IMG/VR virus record: IMGVR_UViG_3300035698_004757
Span: 33,673 to 97,672 of that record
DNA from: a virus
Reading direction: 5' to 3' (one strand)
DNA: 64,000 bases
Both the position numbers and the translations under genes were made by a program. How positions within the stretch are numbered: position 1 is the stretch's first letter; each line of letters begins with the position of its first letter. This document shows, one piece after another, positions 9,518 to 20,028 of the stretch. The notes under the pieces were generated by a model that worked only from the letters and a program-made list of their open reading frames with translations, did no database searches and was not told the origin of the DNA.

Positions 9518-10805
9518 TAGTTACGCACCTTTCATTTTTGAGTTACGCATTCGGTTGGCGGACGGCACCGAAGAGGTCATACCTGCGCATGAGTTTTTTC
9601 AGTCGTTGACGATTGATGAGACTACGAACGCCGCGTGGAAGGGGACGTTGACCCTGTTCGACAAATTGGACGGTAAGGGGTATCTGGCGGGCCTGATTTT
9701 TGCGACTGGGTACAACAGCCGACTGCGGATGCGATGGAATTGGGATGTGCCGAGTGCAGGTCTGGCACGCGCGCCGATGTATGAGGCGAAGATTCTCAAG
9801 TTCCTACCCACGTTCAGCCATACCGGCGACACGATCGTGTTGGAGTTCATGGCTGACGCCCCGGCGGTTGCCGTGTTGGATAAGCAGTCCCGGCAGGGTT
9901 GGGGGGGCGGAAAGAAGGCCAGTGAAATTGTTGCGGAGATTGCAGCGTCCCGTGATTGGATTGTGACAGACGACGAAGGCAATTCGACAATCGACACAAC
10001 TGATCCACCGTTGGAGCGCGCAATTAGTTACAGCGGTGAAAGCGACCTGCGACTGATCCGGGAGAAGTTGCTGCCGTACACTGTGAGCAGTGATGGTAGG
10101 CACTACGAGTTTTACTTTGACCGGAACAATGTGTTGCACTTCCATCCGATCGACCACGGTAAGCGCGCTCGCGTCGCACAGCGTTCCTACACGAAGCTGC
10201 GAGACCCGATGGGCGAGGTGATTGAGTTCGCCCCGGAGGACGATGCGGTGTACAGCGCTTTGTGGGGTTCAGCGTCGGCTGAGTATGTGGCGGCGGACGC
10301 AGGCACGGGTGTGTTCACGCAAGAGACAACAACAAGCACCAAGGGCGGGGAAGCCGATGCAATTACACACACGCCCGACGAAGGCTACGTGCATCCTGTT
10401 GCACCCGATGGCCAGCGGCAAGCCCGCATCCCGTTGATGACGCGAGACCGCAATGAGATGGCCCGTATGGCGCAGGCGCGGTATAGCTGGGTGACCGCAC
10501 ACGCGGTGAAGGCGAAGCTGGTGGTGAAAGGCTCGCACGACCTGACCTTGTTAAGCGTGGTGAATATCGAGCATCTGACCGGTGCGGGGACGAAGCATTG
10601 GCTTGCCGGTTTGTACGAAGTGTTCAGTATTCAACATGAGATGGGCGAGTCGGCGTGGCAGACAACATATACGCTGGGTCGCGGTGGTGTGGCAGCGAAC
10701 GCGCCCGGAGCCGTGAAGAAGGAAGGCGCAGAGCGATCTATTGAGTTGGACCCGCAACCCCGGCGTGGTGTTAAATCACGGCAGACGACTACAACGACTG
10801 AGTAA
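9504..10805 (+). CDS. Baseplate hub protein (P2 gpD / T4 gp27-like)
   Basis: SEIVAEIA, GESDLRLI, LHFHP and GLYEVFSIQH motifs; upstream of the spike gene. Confidence 0.72.
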   Translation: MAVVDSYAPFIFELRIRLADGTEEVIPAHEFFQSLTIDETTNAAWKGTLTLFDKLDGKGYLAGLIFATGYNSRLRMRWNWDVPSAGLARAPMYEAKILKFLPTFSHTGDTIVLEFMADAPAVAVLDKQSRQGWGGGKKASEIVAEIAASRDWIVTDDEGNSTIDTTDPPLERAISYSGESDLRLIREKLLPYTVSSDGRHYEFYFDRNNVLHFHPIDHGKRARVAQRSYTKLRDPMGEVIEFAPEDDAVYSALWGSASAEYVAADAGTGVFTQETTTSTKGGEADAITHTPDEGYVHPVAPDGQRQARIPLMTRDRNEMARMAQARYSWVTAHAVKAKLVVKGSHDLTLLSVVNIEHLTGAGTKHWLAGLYEVFSIQHEMGESAWQTTYTLGRGGVAANAPGAVKKEGAERSIELDPQPRRGVKSRQTTTTTE

Positions 10806-10807
10806 CC

Positions 10808-11890
10808 ATGACTGAACTGACTCACAGCCCGCCGGGGATGCCGCACGCACAGCCATACGACGGTGTGTTTCGTGGCATTGTCGAAAGCGTGAACGACCCC
10901 GAGAAGCGAGGGCGCTATCGTGTCCGCGTTCGGGTGGCGCATGAAGATACAACCCCGGCGGACCATTTGCCGTGGGCAGAAATCTGCGGGTACGGCGGGC
11001 GAGGGTTCGGAGACGTGGCACATTATGAGATTGGCGACCGTGTGTGGGTGCAGTTCGAGGGTGGCATGACGCATTTGCCCGTTATCTTGGGTGGGTGGGT
11101 CAGCAACCGACATGGAATCCATGACCTGAACCCCGAGCAAACACTGGACTACGAAACTGACCGGCGGCGATGGCACCGGGTGGACCGCGCCAGCAATCTG
11201 ATCGAGATGTCGGAGCGAGGGGATGAGTTGCACATCCGGCTCAAGAGTGGGAACTCGCAGCTTGTCATATCGCAGGTGGACGATTCGATCCGTGTGGACT
11301 GTGCAGGCAGCGTGAGGATTAACGCGGAGCAGGTGAATGTGACCGCCAAGCAGGCGTTCACGGTGGCTGAGGACATTGTGACGACCGCACACGGCACAGA
11401 CGCAGAGGGTGTGGCTGACGGCCAGAATAACATGTACGCGAGTGACGAAGCCCGTGTGGTGGCGGGACGGCGTGTTGACATTGGCCAGTACGAGGATGAC
11501 ACCCCCGGGAAGACCCCGCACCAGAGTGATGAAGTGGTTGTGCAGCCGAGGCACGCGCAGGTGGGCGTGAAGGAAACGGGGAATCGCAAGCGCACGTTCA
11601 CGGTGAACATCGAGGGTCACACGAAAGTGGACCTGACCTCAAACGGGGATGTCCACATTGGCGCGCCCCGCACACATATACAGGGCTACGAAAAGCTGGA
11701 CCTTGATGGTAATTGGATCACGGTGACGGCAGGCAAGAAGCTGACGCTTAAAGCCCCTGAGATTGTGATCGAAGCTGCGCGGAAGTTGTCGATGTTGGCC
11801 CCGTACATCCGCAGGGTCACCGATTACTTGTGGCACTGGACCTACTTCACACGGTCGTACACACATAGCGGGAAGGGCACACGTATCTGA
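10808..11890 (+). CDS. Baseplate central spike (gp5/gpV OB-fold plus beta-helix)
   Basis: GIVESVNDPEKRGRYRVRV, LPWA and GDRVWVQFEGG...PVILG. Confidence 0.88.
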   Translation: MTELTHSPPGMPHAQPYDGVFRGIVESVNDPEKRGRYRVRVRVAHEDTTPADHLPWAEICGYGGRGFGDVAHYEIGDRVWVQFEGGMTHLPVILGGWVSNRHGIHDLNPEQTLDYETDRRRWHRVDRASNLIEMSERGDELHIRLKSGNSQLVISQVDDSIRVDCAGSVRINAEQVNVTAKQAFTVAEDIVTTAHGTDAEGVADGQNNMYASDEARVVAGRRVDIGQYEDDTPGKTPHQSDEVVVQPRHAQVGVKETGNRKRTFTVNIEGHTKVDLTSNGDVHIGAPRTHIQGYEKLDLDGNWITVTAGKKLTLKAPEIVIEAARKLSMLAPYIRRVTDYLWHWTYFTRSYTHSGKGTRI

Positions 11891-12888
11891 TGGCGGACAA
11901 AGTCATACAAGGTGGTGTGGTGCTGGCCCCGGCGATGGGGGCGGGGATCGTGTCCGGAGAGGCTGCGTATGCTGACACAGCAGGTGTTAGTGCGCATGTG
12001 CAGGTCGGGTACAACGCGATGTTCATTACCAGAGCCGGTGATGCGTTCAAGATTGTGCTTGGTAACTATGTTGCCGCGCACCATTACACGGGGATCGCAA
12101 CCCGGGTGGAGAGCGAGGACCGAACGCACGGGGCAATGAGACTACGCATTCAGATGGGCGGGAACATTGTGCCGTCGCACGGGCAAGTTGGGTCAGTGAC
12201 CGGCGAGTCACAACACAGCAGCAAGACGCAGGGTGGTGTGACGATCGTGATGGAGAAGTTGCGGCAGATCAACGCGAGGACGGCTGAGATGGACAGCGCT
12301 CTATCCCTGTTGCTCCGAGACCCGACGACGCAAGGTGCCACAGCCGCCGAAGACTTGAACAGTTTGGCTGCGGCAATGACACGGCCGGTGGGCGCACTGT
12401 CAGACTACGCAGACCTCGGGCCGCTGCGGCCGCTGGACACGGTGACCCAGTCGATCGAACTTACGTCGCCCGTATCAAGTGTGGTTTTCCGATCGTTGGA
12501 CCCAAAGATACAGGCCCACCTTGACCGGCAGCAGGCGACTCGGGTTCTTAACGCCGTGGTGGGTGAGTTTCGCACACTGCTGCGAGGCAAGCCCAGTTGG
12601 CCGGTGGGCAAAGTGGCGTTGCAATATCTTGATGACTTGAAGCGGATTGGCTTGACGAATAAACGGATCAGCGATGCACGCACGCTGTCCACGACGGTGC
12701 AGGCCCAAAGTCCCGACGAGTATGCAAACGGCCCGTACGCGGCGTTTGTGGTGTTGTCTGAGGGCGTGACGTTGAACGGGTATGTACCGACTAATCTGAC
12801 CAGTGATGTGCAAGCAGTGATGGATGCTGCGATGACGTGTGAGCGTGTGGTGGATGAGTGGCGATTGAAAGTAACCGAACGGATGTAA
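11890..12888 (+). CDS. Hypothetical (virion-associated?) protein
   Basis: Translationally coupled to the spike gene; no recognised motif. Confidence 0.6.
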   Translation: MADKVIQGGVVLAPAMGAGIVSGEAAYADTAGVSAHVQVGYNAMFITRAGDAFKIVLGNYVAAHHYTGIATRVESEDRTHGAMRLRIQMGGNIVPSHGQVGSVTGESQHSSKTQGGVTIVMEKLRQINARTAEMDSALSLLLRDPTTQGATAAEDLNSLAAAMTRPVGALSDYADLGPLRPLDTVTQSIELTSPVSSVVFRSLDPKIQAHLDRQQATRVLNAVVGEFRTLLRGKPSWPVGKVALQYLDDLKRIGLTNKRISDARTLSTTVQAQSPDEYANGPYAAFVVLSEGVTLNGYVPTNLTSDVQAVMDAAMTCERVVDEWRLKVTERM

Positions 12889-12891
12889 CGA

Positions 12892-12906
12892 TTGACGCTG
12901 CGTCAA
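12892..12906. repeat. 15-bp palindrome (intergenic)
   Basis: Exact copy. Confidence 0.95.
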
Positions 12907-12932
12907 TTCCTTCGATCAGGTAGAATGACCCC

Positions 12933-13349
12933 ATGCCGATAGCAGGACTACAACCAAAACAGAAATTGCGGGGCTTAACATACCCTGTGACGCGGTACCC
13001 GGGCGGGTACTGGGGTTCGAGCGGACCCGTAGATTGTGCGTGGGGCGACCTGTTGTCGGCGATTCTGACTCCCGTGGGGAGCCGCATCATGCAGCGTGAG
13101 TACGGGAGTGGTTTGCACCGCGTGTTGTTCGACCCGAACACCGTGGCGCAGGGAGCCGTCGTGCAAGAGATCATCTTTACCGCTGCGGAGCAATGGTGCC
13201 CGCACGTGGTGGTACATGAGGTGGGTGTGCAGCAGGAAGGCCGCACGATTCAGGTGGCTGTGTCGTTCAGTCTCGCGGACGACAACACAGAGCATACGCG
13301 CAGTTTCTCGACCGTGAACGCAGCAGCGCTGGGGGCACAACACGTATGA
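12933..13349 (+). CDS. Baseplate wedge / sheath initiator (gp25/GPW-like)
   Basis: ILTPVGSRIMQREYGSGLHRVLFDP motif. Confidence 0.88.
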   Translation: MPIAGLQPKQKLRGLTYPVTRYPGGYWGSSGPVDCAWGDLLSAILTPVGSRIMQREYGSGLHRVLFDPNTVAQGAVVQEIIFTAAEQWCPHVVVHEVGVQQEGRTIQVAVSFSLADDNTEHTRSFSTVNAAALGAQHV

Positions 13350-15835
13350 GTACACCGACCACCCCACTAATCCCAATGACTTCGCGACAGTACGCCACGA
13401 TCCGCGAAGACCTTGAGGGTGTAGTCCAACAAACTAACCCGGACCTGTGGAGCGACTTCTTCGGGTCGAACTTAGGGCAACAGCTTATTGAGTTGATGGC
13501 GGTGGTTGGTGACCTTACGTCGTACAGCATCGACGCCGCCGCAAGTGAGACCTTCTTGTCCACGTGCCGACGCTTGGACTCGGCGTTGCGATTTGCGAGG
13601 TCAGTGGGCTACACCCCGCGATCCGCATCGGCGGCTGAGGTGGTCCTCACGTCGGTGGCCTTGCCCGACGCGGTGACCGACAACGGGGCGCTCATCCCGG
13701 CCGGTACCGTGATTACGAGTGGGACAGCGGGCGTGCAATACGAGTTGTTGGCGGACAAGCTGATCCCGGCCGGGTCTGGAACTGCCGACGCATTGTTGAC
13801 GCTCAAAGAGGGCAAGAGTTTTTCTGAGGTGTTCGACCCCATTCGCCAACCAAACCAAGAGGTGACGACTGCAAACGGTGTGGTCGAGCAAAGTTCATGG
13901 GGTGTGTACGTCGGGACAGTGACCGACGCAAACAATTTGTGGGCGCAGGTCACTGACCTGACTACACAGGTTCCTACGGCTAAAGTGTATGAGGTCGCGT
14001 TTGATGGCGGCGGCCGACTTAGCTTGCGCTTCGGTGACAACGTGGCGGGCAAAATACCGACAGCCACTATCACGGTGAATTACCGAACCACGGCAGGTCT
14101 GTTGGGTAACGCGCCTGTGCGATCCATCCGAGGCACGGTGCAAGCAACACTGACCGGCGGGCTGGGTACCGCGTCGATTACATACGAGAACAGCGGGTAC
14201 ACAACACCAGACGAGGTGGTCATTCTTGGCGCGGCCGCAGGCGGCGAGGACCGCGAGTCATTGGCCGAGTTGAAAACCCACGTCCCCGCATTCCTATCCA
14301 CACTGGACAAGATTATCACGCTGGCTGACTACGATTTGAACGTGGTACGTGTGCCCGGCGTGGCATTGTCCTTCTCCAACATTTTTGAAGCTGGCCCGTT
14401 TGTCAATGCCGTGCGTGTGCATGTGTGGGGCAACGAGATTGTGACCTTCTCCGCTGAGTCGCTTAACGGTGAGCAGCAAAGCGCATCGTCTTACACGCGG
14501 TACGCAGAGTTGCCGTTGTCGCTGGTGGACGACATCCAAGGGTATGTGGCTGATCGCACGATGGTCACGACGCACGCTGTCATCATCCGACCCGATGTTG
14601 CGTGGGTGGACTTGTACTTGGACACGGTCATATACGAGAGTGGCTACGACCCGGATGCGATTCATGCAGCGGTGTCGGCTGCGGTGGTGGGCGTGTTCGA
14701 GAGCAGTAGCGGGTTTGCCATTCGCATATCCGATGTTTATGACGCGATCGAAGCGGTGGAGGGTGTGCAACACTTCCACATTGACCGCGCCGTGTTTGAA
14801 CATATTGTGAAGGCTCACGCGATCGGCACAGTTCAGTTTGTCAATGCCGCCCAGCCGGTGGACGGCGATACGCTTGAGATTGACGACGGCACGATATTGG
14901 TGACGTTCGAGTTTGACGACGATGGCGCATTGGCCGACAGCGCACATCACAGCATCACGATTGGGGCAAACGCAGAGGCGACCGCGACTACGTTGATGCA
15001 GGCAATCCGCGATAACCTTTCGATTGACGCTTACCGGGACACGGCCGAGTCAGAACCAATTATTAAGTTGGAGCAGCGCACGGCCGGTGATGCGTTCAAC
15101 GTCGCGATCCAGACCAACAGCGAAGCGCTGGCAGTGGTGGGCATGCACGGCGGATCAAATGCCGTTGGTGGCGGGGCCAACGCGGCCGGGCACATCACAC
15201 TTGCGTTTACGCCGACCGATAGTGACACGCTGACGTTGAGCGATGGTGACACTTCCGTGACGTTTGAGTTTGATACCGGCGACGGTGTACTAACCGGCAA
15301 TACGAAGGTGGACATCATTGCGGGTGACGACACGGCCACGATGGCGCGTCTGATCGACGAGATAAATGGGTCTGTGCTGACCATGACTGCAAATGATGCC
15401 ACGACCGATCGACCGCGACTGGTTGTGGTGAATGACCGCGTTGGCGTCGAGGGTAATGTGGTGGTCACCAAGGTAGAAGCCACACCCGGTGCTGTCATCG
15501 TGAGTGGCATGGCGGGCGGCACGGGTTCGTTCGGTGCATTCCTTGAAGACATGCGACGTGAGATGGTCCCAGCGCCCGATGCTTGGCCCGTGGGTGACTA
15601 CGTTCCCGGCACGCCGTACGTGGATGCTGGTGGTGCGTGGCAAGACGGCGGTATCCAACCCTACCGCCGGATCAAAGATATTGAAGTGGGTGCGGTGGCA
15701 GACACGCGGCACTATTACGACGAGACGTATTTGTACAACAACGAGATTTACTATGACTCTGGTGAGGCGCTTGCTACTGAGGTTCAGCCGTTGAACCTTC
15801 GACGCCTCGTTTTTAATGTTCAGGCAACGACCTGA
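13346..15835 (+). CDS. Baseplate wedge protein (gp6 / baseplate J-like) with two inserted 'TFEFD' modules
   Basis: GYTPRSASAA, LRFGDNVAGKIP, GGEDRES and ITLADY motifs. Confidence 0.85.
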   Translation: MSTPTTPLIPMTSRQYATIREDLEGVVQQTNPDLWSDFFGSNLGQQLIELMAVVGDLTSYSIDAAASETFLSTCRRLDSALRFARSVGYTPRSASAAEVVLTSVALPDAVTDNGALIPAGTVITSGTAGVQYELLADKLIPAGSGTADALLTLKEGKSFSEVFDPIRQPNQEVTTANGVVEQSSWGVYVGTVTDANNLWAQVTDLTTQVPTAKVYEVAFDGGGRLSLRFGDNVAGKIPTATITVNYRTTAGLLGNAPVRSIRGTVQATLTGGLGTASITYENSGYTTPDEVVILGAAAGGEDRESLAELKTHVPAFLSTLDKIITLADYDLNVVRVPGVALSFSNIFEAGPFVNAVRVHVWGNEIVTFSAESLNGEQQSASSYTRYAELPLSLVDDIQGYVADRTMVTTHAVIIRPDVAWVDLYLDTVIYESGYDPDAIHAAVSAAVVGVFESSSGFAIRISDVYDAIEAVEGVQHFHIDRAVFEHIVKAHAIGTVQFVNAAQPVDGDTLEIDDGTILVTFEFDDDGALADSAHHSITIGANAEATATTLMQAIRDNLSIDAYRDTAESEPIIKLEQRTAGDAFNVAIQTNSEALAVVGMHGGSNAVGGGANAAGHITLAFTPTDSDTLTLSDGDTSVTFEFDTGDGVLTGNTKVDIIAGDDTATMARLIDEINGSVLTMTANDATTDRPRLVVVNDRVGVEGNVVVTKVEATPGAVIVSGMAGGTGSFGAFLEDMRREMVPAPDAWPVGDYVPGTPYVDAGGAWQDGGIQPYRRIKDIEVGAVADTRHYYDETYLYNNEIYYDSGEALATEVQPLNLRRLVFNVQATT

Positions 15836-15851
15836 TTAGGAGACTACCCCG

Positions 15852-16262
15852 ATGGCCAATTCCCTTACGGAACACGGCGAAGAACTGATGTTGTTTGGTG
15901 ACGGCTCAAGCGATGGCTCACTTGCACGCCTTGCGGCGAAAGTGAAGTTGTACCTAAACACGTCCACCCCGGACAAAGATGGTACCGGCTTCAACGAAGT
16001 CGCAAACGGCAACGGCTATGTCACGGACGGCAAAGCAATCACCGTCGCATCATGGACGTTCTCGGTTGTTGGTGGCTTCGGTCGCATCACGCTGGATGAC
16101 CAGACGTGGACCGCATCCGGCAGCACGATCGACAACGTCCAAGGTGCGTTTATCACCGACTCCGCCGACGCGGCGATGGCATGGTGGGAGCGATCGCTGG
16201 CGACGACCCTGTCACCCGGTGACTCCTTGACCCTTGACGACCTGTACGTTAGCGCTGGCTAA
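15852..16262 (+). CDS. Small tail/fibre-associated structural protein
   Basis: EVANGNGY...W..., TLSPGDSLTL; strong RBS; sits in the structural operon. Confidence 0.6.
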   Translation: MANSLTEHGEELMLFGDGSSDGSLARLAAKVKLYLNTSTPDKDGTGFNEVANGNGYVTDGKAITVASWTFSVVGGFGRITLDDQTWTASGSTIDNVQGAFITDSADAAMAWWERSLATTLSPGDSLTLDDLYVSAG

Positions 16263-16283
16263 TCCCCATAGAAAGGGGACGCT

Positions 16284-19109
16284 GTGGCTAACATCACTAT
16301 GACAGGCGGCATTGTCCTGTCGGTGATGGTCGATGGGACTACGAAGGCGGCCCAGTCATCGACTGGTACCGTCAACGTGATACCTGCGCTCGGAGGTGGC
16401 TTTACAACGGGCCTCTCGGGCGGCATCGACTTGTCACTTGACATGGACGGTGGGCAACCGGCGGGTGGTGTGATTGGCTCGGTCAATCTTGCCCCGGGCG
16501 TGGGCGGTTTGTTCGCGTGGACATGGCAGCCCGGGGTGGCTTTGTCTGCGAAGGTGCAAGGTGCCCCACGACGGGACGTGCCTATCACTGGTGGTGTCGC
16601 CGTGACGATGGCGTTGGGCGGCGACATTGAACGCGCAGCCGAAGAGATTGAAGGCGGCGTGGATTTGGCCCCCTCACTGGGGGGCACGCTGGCTCGGGCC
16701 TTTAGCGGTGCTGGCCCCGGACTCATTACGAACGTGTTTCTCGGGGGGCGCATCCGCACGGTCCGGCCGTCAACAGGTACAGGCGGTGAGGATCGCCGTG
16801 CTGCGTTGGGGTATCGCCCAAACATACCTTTGCTGGTTCGCAGTATTGACGCAGCGTCAATCGCAGAAGTGGCCGCAGCAAATGTGTCCGATGGCGGGCG
16901 CTTCCTTGTTGCAGCGGACTACTCCGAAGGCGACGAGGTAACGTGGGATGGTGCTGGCGCTATGGCCGGTGCCATTGGCCAATACGTGGAGCCTGCGATT
17001 GGCGACCCCTACTATGTGTTCTTGCAGCCCAAGCCTTACGAGGTGGTGTGGTACACACCCTTGACGGGTGACGGTGTCCCGTCTGATGGCGGGATGTATC
17101 GAATTGAAGACGGCGCGTGGATGCCGTATCGGTCATTCCCGGAACGCGCCGTCTTGTCGCAATGGGCGATCGAGATACTGGACCCGGACGGTGCGTTGGG
17201 TTACCTGACCCGCTTGCTCGGAGCCGCGCACACACAGTGGACCCGTGACGCAACCGACTTGAGTTTTTTACTCGACTCGCGATCGTGCCCGGACCGTTTC
17301 CTGACGCAGTTGGCGAAGCAATGGAACTTGCGTCTGCGTACCAGCGACCCAGCCATGCAGCGACGGCGTCTCCGTGGTGTGGTGCCGCGACATCGGGCCA
17401 AGGGTTTGCCGTCACTGGTTACGACTACGCTTCGTGAACTTGGGTACGACGGTTATCCGATGGAGGTGTGGGTCGATCCGACGCATGCTGATAATTGGTT
17501 GGACCCGACTGGTGCCCCGGCGGCGGTGCAAGCCGAGATTGCAGCGCGTGGGTTGGTCATCGACCCGACGAACGGTGAAAAGGGTACCGCGTGGATTCCT
17601 AAGTTTCATGGGTGGTCACCCGACCTGCCGGACACGTATTGGCCTGCGAGCCGCGTGGGCATCCACCTAACGACGGCCACGGGCGCATCACTTCCACTTA
17701 ACATGCCTGAGTCCGCGTTTGACGAAGTGCGGCAAATGCTTGCGGAGGAACTGATACGCGACACACTCCCAGCGCATGTGGACATCCGATACTTCGCGAC
17801 TGATGTGTCACCGGACGCAGGCGACAGTATCGGTGTGACGGATGAGTTGGCGTTTGTGGACTTTGGCACGGGTGCAACTTACACGTTGGGCGGCTTCGGT
17901 ATGGCCGCGACCGGGTCGATCACGTTCACGGGTCAGCCCGACGATGGCGACACAGTGACGATCGACGACGGGACTACCACTGTGACGTTTGAGTTCGACA
18001 CAGGGGATGGTGTGACGCCCGGCAACGTCGCGGTGTTGATTGGAGCCACGACACAAGACACGGCTGACAATCTTGAAGCTGCGATCGACAGTTCAGCTTT
18101 GGACGTGGATGCTGTGGACGCCACGGTGACGGACCCGCGCGTGGGGATCATTCACGGTTCGATCGGCGTCGGGGGCAATGAAACAATTACAACCGACTCA
18201 GGTGCAGTGACCGTGACGGGTATGCAGTTCGGGTCAGGTGACATTGGCGACGAGTCAGTGCGCCGCGTTCTGTTTGAGCCTGAAATAGACGGTCGGTTTG
18301 ACGAAGACTACGCCATCGAGGGTGAAGTGCCGGTGGTGTGGACCACGGGTGGCACCGCGTACGCAGCACAACGGATCACCGGCGGCGTCAATGTTACAAC
18401 CACGATGGGTGGCGTCATCGGCATGAGCATGGGCGGCGGCGTCGTTCTCGGTGTTGACGTGGGTGGTACGTTTGCACTGGTGCCCGGCGTGGACCCTGTG
18501 CTGGTGCTGAGCATGGTGCTTGGTGGCCATGAGACGGTGGACCCGGCTGACGACGTGGCGGCCAGTTATGTCCTGTCAGGCGGCGTTGCACTGGGTATGG
18601 ACGTGCAGGGCGGCACACCTTCGCTTATTGGCGTGGACAGTCCGGCAATCGTGTTGAGTCTGAACCCCGGGGTGAAGTTCACCACGTCTGTGACCGGCGT
18701 CGAAGTCGGTATGGTTCTTGGTGGGCAGATCACAGTCAACCGTGCAGTGACCGGTGGGTCTACGTCGTCGATGGCACTGGGTGGTGGCGTGGGCGGCGCA
18801 GACACGATGACGGGTTCAATCATCCTGTCGCCGGTGTTGGGCGTCGTATGGATCAGGGACACGATTGAAGGCGGCATCGCACCCAGTATGGTTATTGGTG
18901 GTGGCTTCTTCTGGACGCAGACGGGTGCTATCGTTCTCAGTCCGCAGGTGATCGGCAGCGTCGTTGTTCCGGACGAAGAATTGTGGGCTGCGTTTATTAC
19001 GCTCGGACCCGCAGTCGTGGGCGGCATCCCCGGGGGCTACGTGGTGGCAGGTGACATATCACCTACAATGGTGCTTGGTGGCACCCTGAACGTACAACGC
19101 ATTTTGTAA
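16284..19109 (+). CDS. Baseplate/tail protein with a central P2 gpI-like domain and Gly/Val-rich repeats
   Basis: Central CPDRFLTQLAKQWN...HRAKG segment (gpI-like); flanking GGxxLxxxxGG repeats; one TFEFD module. Confidence 0.6.
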   Translation: MANITMTGGIVLSVMVDGTTKAAQSSTGTVNVIPALGGGFTTGLSGGIDLSLDMDGGQPAGGVIGSVNLAPGVGGLFAWTWQPGVALSAKVQGAPRRDVPITGGVAVTMALGGDIERAAEEIEGGVDLAPSLGGTLARAFSGAGPGLITNVFLGGRIRTVRPSTGTGGEDRRAALGYRPNIPLLVRSIDAASIAEVAAANVSDGGRFLVAADYSEGDEVTWDGAGAMAGAIGQYVEPAIGDPYYVFLQPKPYEVVWYTPLTGDGVPSDGGMYRIEDGAWMPYRSFPERAVLSQWAIEILDPDGALGYLTRLLGAAHTQWTRDATDLSFLLDSRSCPDRFLTQLAKQWNLRLRTSDPAMQRRRLRGVVPRHRAKGLPSLVTTTLRELGYDGYPMEVWVDPTHADNWLDPTGAPAAVQAEIAARGLVIDPTNGEKGTAWIPKFHGWSPDLPDTYWPASRVGIHLTTATGASLPLNMPESAFDEVRQMLAEELIRDTLPAHVDIRYFATDVSPDAGDSIGVTDELAFVDFGTGATYTLGGFGMAATGSITFTGQPDDGDTVTIDDGTTTVTFEFDTGDGVTPGNVAVLIGATTQDTADNLEAAIDSSALDVDAVDATVTDPRVGIIHGSIGVGGNETITTDSGAVTVTGMQFGSGDIGDESVRRVLFEPEIDGRFDEDYAIEGEVPVVWTTGGTAYAAQRITGGVNVTTTMGGVIGMSMGGGVVLGVDVGGTFALVPGVDPVLVLSMVLGGHETVDPADDVAASYVLSGGVALGMDVQGGTPSLIGVDSPAIVLSLNPGVKFTTSVTGVEVGMVLGGQITVNRAVTGGSTSSMALGGGVGGADTMTGSIILSPVLGVVWIRDTIEGGIAPSMVIGGGFFWTQTGAIVLSPQVIGSVVVPDEELWAAFITLGPAVVGGIPGGYVVAGDISPTMVLGGTLNVQRIL
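16846..16860. repeat. 15-bp palindrome inside a tail gene
   Basis: Exact copy; encodes IDAASI. Confidence 0.95.
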
Positions 19110-19118
19110 GGCAGCAGC

Positions 19119-20027
19119 ATGCAAGCAAGCAGCGGTATTAAAGTTCGAGGCATTGTCGAAGTCTTCGCGTCGCATCGCCGGATGAACGGCCCGATGTCGC
19201 GGACGATGTTGCAACGTCTCCGCATGCGAGACCCGTCTGCGTTCCAGCGCGTCCTGCGACATAGGAACATCGTTACCGATGCCGGTATCCAGACCGTGAG
19301 TGCTTTGCTTGCAGGAGCCGTGGGCAGCCCGTCCGTGGGAGGCACCCCACGTAGCCCGGCTGTGCTGGATACGATGCACATCAACACGTTGAAGGCTGGC
19401 GGCGTGGCGTCACCTGCGGAGCCAACTGCGGGTGACACCTTACTGGCGTCCACTGGAAACGACCTGCTAGGGACGTGGACCGGTATTGACTTGAACATCG
19501 CATACATCAACAGCGAGCCGGGCAAGACCGGTACTCGGTTTTATGGGTTTGTGCCGACCGTGGAGAACGTGGGCGACACGTACACGGAGATTGGTTTGTT
19601 CGCAGGCGACGGCACATTGATAGCACGGTCACTGCTGGCGCAACGAGCCACCGGGTCCATCACTTTTGCTGATCAACCCGCCGCCGAAGAGATTGTGACA
19701 ATCAACGACGGGTTCACCACAAAGATATTTGAGTTCGACGGCTTGGGGCCGGACCCGATCCCAGTTGTGATTGACGCATCTAAAGAAGACACGGCGGAAA
19801 ACCTGAAAGCAGAGATTAACCTGTCATCTTTGGCTGTGACCGCGACACGCAGCGGGGCCGTCATTACGTTGACCCACGACCAGACGACGGCGCTGGCCAA
19901 CAATGCAGTGACCACCGACGCGGGTAACATTACGGTGGCAGGCTTGACCGGGGGCTACGACGGGGTGTTGAAGACAGGCGTCTTTGCACTTCACTTCTAC
20001 CACACGCTTTGGTTCGAGAGGCAATGA
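19119..20027 (+). CDS. Tail-fibre attachment/collar protein (gpH N-terminal-like)
   Basis: HRNIVTDAG and EIGLFAGDGTLIAR motifs; one TFEFD-like module inserted. Confidence 0.6.
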   Translation: MQASSGIKVRGIVEVFASHRRMNGPMSRTMLQRLRMRDPSAFQRVLRHRNIVTDAGIQTVSALLAGAVGSPSVGGTPRSPAVLDTMHINTLKAGGVASPAEPTAGDTLLASTGNDLLGTWTGIDLNIAYINSEPGKTGTRFYGFVPTVENVGDTYTEIGLFAGDGTLIARSLLAQRATGSITFADQPAAEEIVTINDGFTTKIFEFDGLGPDPIPVVIDASKEDTAENLKAEINLSSLAVTATRSGAVITLTHDQTTALANNAVTTDAGNITVAGLTGGYDGVLKTGVFALHFYHTLWFERQ

Positions 20028-20028
20028 T

